DNA from: an uncultured Phycisphaerales bacterium
GTDB taxonomy: Bacteria; Planctomycetota; Phycisphaerae; Tepidisphaerales; Tepidisphaeraceae
Length of the DNA stretch: 64,000 bases
Assembly: GCA_963758525.1 (NCBI GenBank)
Contig: CAVWVQ010000003.1
Coordinates: 2,976,001-3,040,000, forward strand
Direction of reading: 5' to 3'
Shown here: positions 57,443 to 64,000 of the stretch, piece after piece
How the letters are laid out: each line of letters begins with the position of its first letter
Position numbering within the stretch: position 1 is the first letter of the stretch
Translations under genes and position numbers: made by a program
Notes under the pieces: model-generated
Databases searched by the model: none
The model's input: the letters and a program-made list of their open reading frames with translations, nothing else
Told to the model about the DNA's origin: nothing

Positions 57443-59378
57443 GTGCGCCTGCGAGCGTACCAGCATAGAGAGGTGCAAGTCCTCTCCGGGCATAGCGTTC
57501 TCCAGCCCGTAACTGAAAGTAACTGCGTGGCCGTGAGGCCAGGTGGAGAGCAACTGGAGGTGAACGACCAGTCCGAAACACAAGTGAACTCGATTCGGCC
57601 TGAAACGGTGACGAGCCTGCCTAAAAGTGGCGAAGTCCAGACCCGCGAGGGAGCGATGCATCTTTCAAGGGAAGCCCGGTGAGCTGAAGGGTAACGTGCA
57701 GAGAGGCGACGAGCCTCTCGTAAAGCGATGCCGGGGCCGTGAGGGTGATTGGAGTCGGAATGGTTGGAAGTGCTGGTGCGTGAAGCAGGGAGACCTGTTC
57801 CGGAAAGCGAACGGAGTTCATACGCCGTAACCAGTCGGCGTCGAAGAGCCGCCGGGGCAGGAGTCAGAGCGTCCGTAGTAGCGACGAAACGCCTTAACGG
57901 GCGTGGAGCCAAGGGACGCAGGAAAGTGGATGCGGGATGAATAGACCAATGGAACAACAATCGGCGCGAGTGCCCCGACTCGGGGCTAAGCAAGCCGAAG
58001 AATCCCATCGCATCGCGGGCGCAGGCTCGCGATGGGCATGGGCGGAACCATCGGTCTGGACAGCGCGCATGTTGCAGGCCCTTGAACAAGGGGTCAAAGG
58101 AGGCATCTGGTTCAGCCTGATTGATAAAGTCTACAAACGCAGCAACCTCTGGTCGTCATGGAGTAAGGTGGCGGCCAACAAGGGAGCGGCAGGCGTGGAC
58201 CATGTGACGGTGAAGCAGTACGAGCGCCATGTGGAAAAGCACATCGAGCATCTGACGGAAGAACTGAGGGCCGGGACGTATCGGCCCAAGGCGATCCGCC
58301 GGTGCTACATCCCCAAACCCGGCAGCGCCCAGGGGCGACCGCTGGGGATACCGACTGTGCAGGACCGCGTGGTTCAGGGCGCGCTGCGTCACGTGCTGGA
58401 ACCGATCTTCGAGAAGGACTTTCACGAGCACAGCTACGGCTTTCGCCCCGGAAGGGGATGCAAAGACGCGCTGCGTCACGTGCAGAAACTTTTGGACGAC
58501 GGATACCGGTACGTGGTAGACGCGGATCTGAAAAGCTACTTTGACACGATCCCGCACCGGCAGTTAATGGAGCGGGTGAGCCAGAAGGTGGCCGACGGAC
58601 GAGTGCTGAAACTGATCGAATCATTCCTCACGCAAGGCGTGCTGGAAGGACTGGACCAGTGGACGCCCGCATCCGGCGCGCCGCAAGGCGCGGTGCTCAG
58701 CCCACTGCTGAGTAACGTCTATCTGGACCCGCTGGACCATCTGATGGCCCGGCAGGGATTCCAGATGGTGCGCTACGCGGATGACTTTGTGATCCTGTGT
58801 CAGAGCCAAGAGGAGGCCGAGCGGGCGCTGGCCGAGGTGCAACGATGGACGGCGCAAGCCGGTCTGACGCTGCATCCGGAGAAGACACGAATCGTCGATG
58901 AGCGACAAAAGGGCTTCGACTTCCTGGGCTATCACTTTGGCCAAGGTCAAAGAGAACCCGGGAGCAAGAGCCTCAAGAAACTCAAAGACACCATTCGTGA
59001 AAAGACCCAACGTCGGAACGGCACTCGAATGGTCTGCATCATCGGCACGGTCAATCAGACGCTGCGTGGCTGGTTTGGCTACTTCAAACACAGCCGACGC
59101 GAGACGTTCGCTCCGCTGGACGCGTGGATCCGTATGAGGCTGCGAAGCATCTTGCGGCGACGCCACGGCGGGCGTGGACGTGGCGGTGGTCGTGACCACT
59201 ACCGCTGGCCCAATGCATACTTTGCCAAGCTGGGACTTTTCTCGCTGTTACAAGCCCATCGCTTGGCCTGTCAACCCGCTCGAACGGGAACCCACTGACT
59301 GGAGAGCCGGATGCGGGAGAACCGCCAGTCCGGTTCGGCGGGAGGGGAGGCCGGGAAACCGGCCTTCCCTACCCCGAT
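57443..59378 (+). mobile_element. Complete group II intron
   Basis: 5' GTGCG at 57443; domain V GAGCCGGATGCGGGAGAACCGCCAGTCCGGTTC (59304-59336); domain VI ending CCCTACCCCGAT; removal restores GGTTTAG|TTCAAC. Confidence 0.92.
57937..59298 (+). CDS. ltrA: Group II intron reverse transcriptase/maturase, no endonuclease domain
   Basis: NKGAAGVD, RPLGIPTVQDR, SYGFRPGR, DLKSYFD, PQGAVLSPLL, YADD, FDFLG, X domain LRGWFGYF. Confidence 0.95.
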   Translation: MNRPMEQQSARVPRLGAKQAEESHRIAGAGSRWAWAEPSVWTARMLQALEQGVKGGIWFSLIDKVYKRSNLWSSWSKVAANKGAAGVDHVTVKQYERHVEKHIEHLTEELRAGTYRPKAIRRCYIPKPGSAQGRPLGIPTVQDRVVQGALRHVLEPIFEKDFHEHSYGFRPGRGCKDALRHVQKLLDDGYRYVVDADLKSYFDTIPHRQLMERVSQKVADGRVLKLIESFLTQGVLEGLDQWTPASGAPQGAVLSPLLSNVYLDPLDHLMARQGFQMVRYADDFVILCQSQEEAERALAEVQRWTAQAGLTLHPEKTRIVDERQKGFDFLGYHFGQGQREPGSKSLKKLKDTIREKTQRRNGTRMVCIIGTVNQTLRGWFGYFKHSRRETFAPLDAWIRMRLRSILRRRHGGRGRGGGRDHYRWPNAYFAKLGLFSLLQAHRLACQPARTGTH

Positions 59379-59487
59379 TTCAACGGATAGAGTTCTCTGG
59401 CCGTCCACGCGACGCGGCCGGGAACGTGAAACTGAAGACAAGCTAACGACGCGACGCGGGACGGTCCAGAGCAACGCGGGGTTATGC
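59379..59487 (-). other. attC site 2, R' core interrupted by the intron
   Basis: Minus strand: R'' GCATAAC, 5 nt, L'' GTT(G)CTCT, GG(A)CCGTCC ... GGACGGCC, L' AGAGAAC, R' GTTGAA|C. Confidence 0.8.
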
Positions 59488-59503
59488 CGCAACTCCGGAT
59501 CGC

Positions 59504-59863
59504 CTAGCAGACCGGCCCGGCAAGAAAAAATGTGACGGCAAGATCGATAAATACGGCGATTGCCGGACATAGGAAAATCGCCAGAAGATATAGTGCTTTT
59601 GCCCCGCCGGACGCGCCAGTTTGGATTAGCAAGAAATGGACAAAGGAGCCTAATACGCACATGCAATCGATCGCCAAGCAGGATAGCCAGATCGCGCCAA
59701 CCCGCTGGTAATTGCTGCCCGCTGCGAACTGCAGGACGATGCAGACGATGTTGATGATGGCAACTACAAGGACAAGATGCCCAGCCGAACGCCGAAGCCG
59801 ACGATCGCTCTCCGATACATTCCCTGGCGACGGGGTCGAGTAGTCGAGCACGCGTTGCCGCAT
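59504..59863 (-). CDS. Gene-cassette small membrane protein (3 TM)
   Basis: 119 aa between two attC sites; ATG lies inside the core GTTATGC. Confidence 0.7.
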   Translation of the reverse strand: MRQRVLDYSTPSPGNVSESDRRLRRSAGHLVLVVAIINIVCIVLQFAAGSNYQRVGAIWLSCLAIDCMCVLGSFVHFLLIQTGASGGAKALYLLAIFLCPAIAVFIDLAVTFFLAGPVC

Positions 59864-59948
59864 AACGAAGAGGACTTTATGCAGCGTGCGGCCAAAACCA
59901 TGACCAGACGGAACCGGTTCGTCGCACGCTGGATAAAGTCTGTTGAAC
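59860..59948 (-). other. attC site 1 (atypical L boxes)
   Basis: Minus strand: R'' GTTCAAC, GACTTTAT-C-CAGCGTGCG ... CGCACGCTG-C-ATAAAGTC, R' GTTATGC. Confidence 0.65.
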
Positions 59949-60106
59949 TGAACCGATCGTCAGTTTCTATGGGGATTGTATCGAGTTGCCGGGGCGGTGT
60001 CCCGCTCGGACTGATGCATGCCGCGGTTTGCGCCGCTGCATGATTCTTGGGAGAGGCGTTGCCGTGCGACTCCGCTCTGCTGGATTGTCGCCTTGAACCA
60101 CCGGGA

Positions 60107-60285
60107 AATCAAACGGGGACAGCCGTCTATTATTTTTCATCGCTGCCTCACGCTTTCTGCGCCCCACGCCCCGATTCAGCCCATGGTACGCGATTCCACC
60201 AGGAGCGATGCGGGCCGTCCTCGGCATCTCTCCACTTGAGCCGATCAGCCGCCGTTTGGAAATAGGCGGCCGTCCCCGTTTGATT
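60107..60285 (-). mobile_element. Internally deleted RAYT/Y1 (HUH) transposase remnant between 25-bp inverted repeats
   Basis: MPRTARIAPGGIAYHGLNRGVGR from ATG 60227; inverted repeats 60107-60131 and 60261-60285 (23/25 match). Confidence 0.75.
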
Positions 60286-60353
60286 CCCCCAAAACCGCAC
60301 GTCTGGTCTTCTCCCGCACGTTGCTCGTCTTCTGCTAACCAATGTGGAAAGTT

Positions 60354-60451
60354 CACCGCAGAGGGCGCAGAGTAACGCTGAGGCAGAAAAGACGACGAGG
60401 CTGCAAGTCGCTTTTCCCTTCCCTCTGCGCTCCTCCGCCTCCTCTGCGGTA
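60354..60451. repeat. Inverted short-period repeat (CGCAGAG) / (CTCTGCG)
   Basis: accgcagagggcgcagagtaacgctgagg ... cctctgcgctcctccgcctcctctgcggt. Confidence 0.7.
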
Positions 60452-60956
60452 AACATCGCATCCGATTTGACGGATTGTGGCACGGATCGCCTGACGGCGT
60501 CGCCGGTGATTGCGATTTGTCTTTTGGCCGCCATGAGTCCCGCATCAAAGATCTGAGCCCCAGCCGCTTGGCGATCTCGCGAGTCCATGAACCGCCGCAA
60601 AACGGGGCAGCGCGGTTTGAAGCGTTGGCTTATGCCGGGCTGGGACAAATAATGTGACATTTCGTGACATTACGTGCCATTTTTTTGGGTGAACTGAGTT
60701 GCGGGCTTCCGGATGGCAAAATCCGGGGCGACAGTAAATGTCGCATCGCGAGGCGGGGATTTCGTAGATTGACGGCGTGAATCGGGGCGGTGGAGAAGCC
60801 GGCAGCACGAAGCCAGGAGTTCAGGAGTCAGGAGTTTGGGCACGCCCGCGGCATCGGGGCGGCAAAAACATGCGGTATGTCTTGCTCCGGTGGGCCATCG
60901 CCCTAAAATGGCCGCCGGCGGATTCCGGACGCAGAGGAGATTGGACTTTTTGGCGG

Positions 60957-62450
60957 ATGTTTGAGCAGTACCAGGTCAACGGGCTCTTCGACGAGATGTT
61001 CGAAGCGCCGGGCGAGCCGCGGAAGCACTATTCCGCCGTGGCTTCGCGGCTCAAGGCGCTGGGCCCGGCGGCGTTTGCGCGGCGAGTGCGCATGGCGGAC
61101 CTCACCTTCCGCAATCAGGGGATCACATTCACCGTCTACAGCGACCGCCGGGGCGTCGAGAAGATCTTTCCGTTCGACCTGGTTCCCCGGCTCATCCCGG
61201 CCGATGAATGGGACCTGATCGAGCGCGGGCTGACCCAGCGCATCACGGCGCTGAATCTGTTCTGCCAGGATATTTATCACGAGCAGCGCATTCTGCGCGA
61301 GGGGATCATTCCGCCGGAGCTGATTTACGGCGCGAAGATGTTTCGGCGGGAGATGTTCCACGTGAATGTTCCGCGGAACATCTACATCCATATTTGCGGC
61401 ACGGATCTCATTCGCGACAAGCAGGGGAAATATTTTGTTCTGGAGGACAACGGGCGCACGCCGAGCGGCGTGAGCTACGTGCTGGAAAACCGGGCGGTGA
61501 TGAAGCGCGTTTTTCCCGCGCTGTTCAGCGCGTATCGCGTGCGGGCGATCGAGGATTATCCGCACAATCTGCTGCAGTGCCTCAAATACGTCGCGCCAAG
61601 CCGGACGGATGAGCCGAGCATCGTGGTCCTCACTCCCGGCACCTACAACTCGGCCTATTTTGAGCATAGTTTTCTGGCTCGGCAGATGGGCGTCGATCTG
61701 GTCGAGGGGCAGGATCTGGTTGTCGACAACTCGTTTGTCTACAAGCGGACCACCGCAGGGCTTCGGCGTGTTGATGTGATTTACCGCCGGCTCGACGACG
61801 ACTTTATCGATCCGCTCTGCTTCCGGCCTGACAGCATTTTGGGCTCGGCGGGGCTGATGAACGCGTATCGGTGCGGCAACGTCGCGCTGGTCAACGCGGT
61901 CGGCACCGGGGTCGCCGACGATAAGGCGATCTATCCGTTCGTTCCCGACATGATCAAGTTTTACATGTCGCAGGAAGCGATACTTCCTAACGTGCCGACG
62001 TACATCTGCGCCAAGCCGGCGGATTGCAAATATACGCTGGAGAATCTCGACAAGCTGGTGGTCAAAAGCACCAACGAATCGGGCGGCTATGGAATGCTGA
62101 TGGGCCATCAGTCAACCAGGGAAGAGCAGGACAAATTTGCGGAACAGATCAAGGCCGACCCGCGAAATTTCATCGCGCAGCCGGTCGTGGAATTGAGCCA
62201 GCATCCCAGTCTTGTCGAGGACCGCTTTGAGGGACGCCGAATCGATCTGCGGCCGTATATTCTGTACGGCGAGAAAGTGATCGTCATGCCCGGCGGGCTG
62301 ACGCGCGTGGCGCTGCGCAAGGGGAGCCTGGTGGTGAACAGCTCCCAGGGGGGCGGCAGCAAGGATACCTGGGTGCTGGAGGATGCGGAGGGATCCGAAC
62401 CGACGATTTCCGAGACCGCGGAAGCGGCCGAAGCCAGAGGCAGCTCATGA
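60957..62450 (+). CDS. Circularly permuted type 2 ATP-grasp protein
   Basis: [61 protein letters not shown]. Confidence 0.92.
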   Translation: MFEQYQVNGLFDEMFEAPGEPRKHYSAVASRLKALGPAAFARRVRMADLTFRNQGITFTVYSDRRGVEKIFPFDLVPRLIPADEWDLIERGLTQRITALNLFCQDIYHEQRILREGIIPPELIYGAKMFRREMFHVNVPRNIYIHICGTDLIRDKQGKYFVLEDNGRTPSGVSYVLENRAVMKRVFPALFSAYRVRAIEDYPHNLLQCLKYVAPSRTDEPSIVVLTPGTYNSAYFEHSFLARQMGVDLVEGQDLVVDNSFVYKRTTAGLRRVDVIYRRLDDDFIDPLCFRPDSILGSAGLMNAYRCGNVALVNAVGTGVADDKAIYPFVPDMIKFYMSQEAILPNVPTYICAKPADCKYTLENLDKLVVKSTNESGGYGMLMGHQSTREEQDKFAEQIKADPRNFIAQPVVELSQHPSLVEDRFEGRRIDLRPYILYGEKVIVMPGGLTRVALRKGSLVVNSSQGGGSKDTWVLEDAEGSEPTISETAEAAEARGSS

Positions 62451-63454
62451 CCGAGATGAATGTTCAGGTGTCTCCGCGGCTTTCGCTGCACCGCGCCGCG
62501 CGGCCGATGCTGGCGCGCGACGCCGACGCGATGTACTGGATGAGCCGGTATGTGGAGCGCGCGGAGCACATCGCGCGTCTGCTGCTGGTCAATTCCAATC
62601 TGCTGATCGACGTGGGCGATCTGGCGCCGCGCCTGCAGCAGCAGCAGTGGGAAAGCGTGCTGACGATCATGCACACGCCCCCGCCGCCCGCCGACGGGTT
62701 GGACATCGGGCCGCGCATTCAGCGCTACATGGCATTCGATCACGACAACCCCAACAGCCTGGTGAGCTGCTTCACCCGCGCCCGCGAAAACGCGCGGGGC
62801 ATTCGCGAGAACATTTCGGCCGAGATGTGGGAAAGCCTCAACACGCTCTACTGGTCGATCACCTCCGATGAAGCGCCGGCCCGGTTCGAGGACTCTTCGG
62901 ACGACTTTTACCGGCAACTGATGATCGGGTCGATGCTCTATCAGGGGCTGACCGATCAGACGCTCGCCCACGATCAGCGCTGGCAATTCGCGCAGCTTGC
63001 CAAGTACCTGGAGCGCGTCGATGTCACGTGCCGGGTGATCGAGGCGAAGTTCAACATTCTGCGGGACACCGAATTTCTTGAGAACGCCCTGCGCAATATT
63101 CACTGGATGGCGGTCCTGCGAAGCTGCTGCTCGATCGAAGGGTATCGGCGCAATTACGTCGGCGACATGGACCCGTCGCGCGTGGCTTCCTATCTGATTC
63201 TCGAGCGCCACTTTCCGCGCAGCATTCGTTATGGGGTGATGATGGCGCACTGCGCGATCGCCGCGATTCGCTCCGAGGTGAACCCGCTGGCGATCGATCC
63301 GGCGGAGCGAATTCTGGGCCGGCTGAACGCGCAGCTCGAATACGCCGAGCCGTCGGAGATCTTCAGCGAGGGACTGCCGAGCTATTTGCAGAAGATTCAG
63401 GACGCGATCGCGGAGACTGCTGTCGCGGTGCAGAAAGCGTACTTTCTGCACTAG
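62447..63454 (+). CDS. Alpha-E domain protein
   Basis: [48 protein letters not shown] overlap with the ATP-grasp gene. Confidence 0.92.
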   Translation: MTEMNVQVSPRLSLHRAARPMLARDADAMYWMSRYVERAEHIARLLLVNSNLLIDVGDLAPRLQQQQWESVLTIMHTPPPPADGLDIGPRIQRYMAFDHDNPNSLVSCFTRARENARGIRENISAEMWESLNTLYWSITSDEAPARFEDSSDDFYRQLMIGSMLYQGLTDQTLAHDQRWQFAQLAKYLERVDVTCRVIEAKFNILRDTEFLENALRNIHWMAVLRSCCSIEGYRRNYVGDMDPSRVASYLILERHFPRSIRYGVMMAHCAIAAIRSEVNPLAIDPAERILGRLNAQLEYAEPSEIFSEGLPSYLQKIQDAIAETAVAVQKAYFLH

Positions 63455-63676
63455 AGCAGGGGGTTGCAAAACGGGCTCTAGGCGCGTCGCAGCTTGCCGC
63501 AATTGCCAAAATCGGTGCATAACTGGAAGATTTCGATGCCCTGTTGAACAATTTCGCTGGCGGGGGTATCGCTTGTGCGCAATGTTTCTGAGCGGGGCTA
63601 AGATCATGCTGTCTGTACGAAAGCTCGCGACAGCGGACCGTTAGCGGCGGATCGTCAGAGGCGCTGGAGAAAACGT

Positions 63677-64000
63677 ATGCATCGAATTCGAATTGGTCAC
63701 AAACCCCGCCGCATCCATCGTGCGCCTGCCTTCGAGACGCTGGAGTCGCGCCACCTGCTGTCAGCGGCATCGAGCATCTATCTGCACGATGACATGCAGA
63801 TTCTGAAAAATGCGTCCAGCGGGACCACGGTGCAGGGGTTCACGCCAAGTCAGATCAAGAAAGCCTACGGCTTTGACAGCGTCACCTTTAACAGCGGGGC
63901 GGTGACCGGCAACGGGAGCGGTCAGACCATCGCGATCGTGGATGCCTTCAACGCGCCGTATATTTCCAGCGATCTGGGAGTGTTCGACGCGCAGTTCGGC
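63677..64000 (+). CDS. LEPR-XLL S53 (sedolisin/kumamolisin-like) peptidase, 3'-partial
   Basis: Not in ORF track; reads MHRIR...FETLESRHLLS...FTPSQIKKAYGF...GSGQTIAIVDAF...SDL.VFDAQFG. Confidence 0.8.
   Translation, partial: MHRIRIGHKPRRIHRAPAFETLESRHLLSAASSIYLHDDMQILKNASSGTTVQGFTPSQIKKAYGFDSVTFNSGAVTGNGSGQTIAIVDAFNAPYISSDLGVFDAQFG

Noticed and set aside
57937..59298. RT as part of a DGR, retron or defence RT system
   Set aside because: It has a maturase X domain and sits inside clear group II intron ends with domains V and VI; no TR/VR pair or accessory gene is seen

Overview
High-GC bacterial DNA, most likely Planctomycetota of the Phycisphaerae/Tepidisphaerales type. The basis is six proteins with the LExRxLL (LEPR-XLL) N-terminal motif, PATQP linkers and a planctomycete-style prenyltransferase/long coiled-coil gene pair. 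Housekeeping and envelope genes are fba, prfA and bamA-skp-lpxD. Other genes encode a GH95 glycosidase, hydrolases, a porin/cupredoxin-like/hybrid kinase operon and a CP-ATP-grasp/alpha-E pair. A ~21.5 kb tandem array (16.7-38.2 kb) of four large LEPR-XLL surface proteins combines unrelated N-terminal modules with shared Big_3 Ig-repeat stalks. About ten single-base frameshifts, including in bamA and lpxD, are best read as long-read/assembly indel errors. The main non-obvious structures are: (i) an integrase-less minus-strand cassette cluster with two attC sites (57.2-60.0 kb), where a complete non-IIC-looking group II intron (57443-59378) sits inside the R' core of one attC; (ii) several families of inverted short-period repeat elements, two of them read in frame as N-terminal extensions of translationally coupled genes; (iii) a TA-like gene pair abutting an FKBP gene remnant; (iv) an 82-aa LEPR-XLL micro-protein carrying a Lys-rich peptide; (v) REP/REPIN-like elements plus an internally deleted RAYT transposase. 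No rRNA, tRNA or CRISPR array was recognised. All calls are by-eye motif recognition with no database search.
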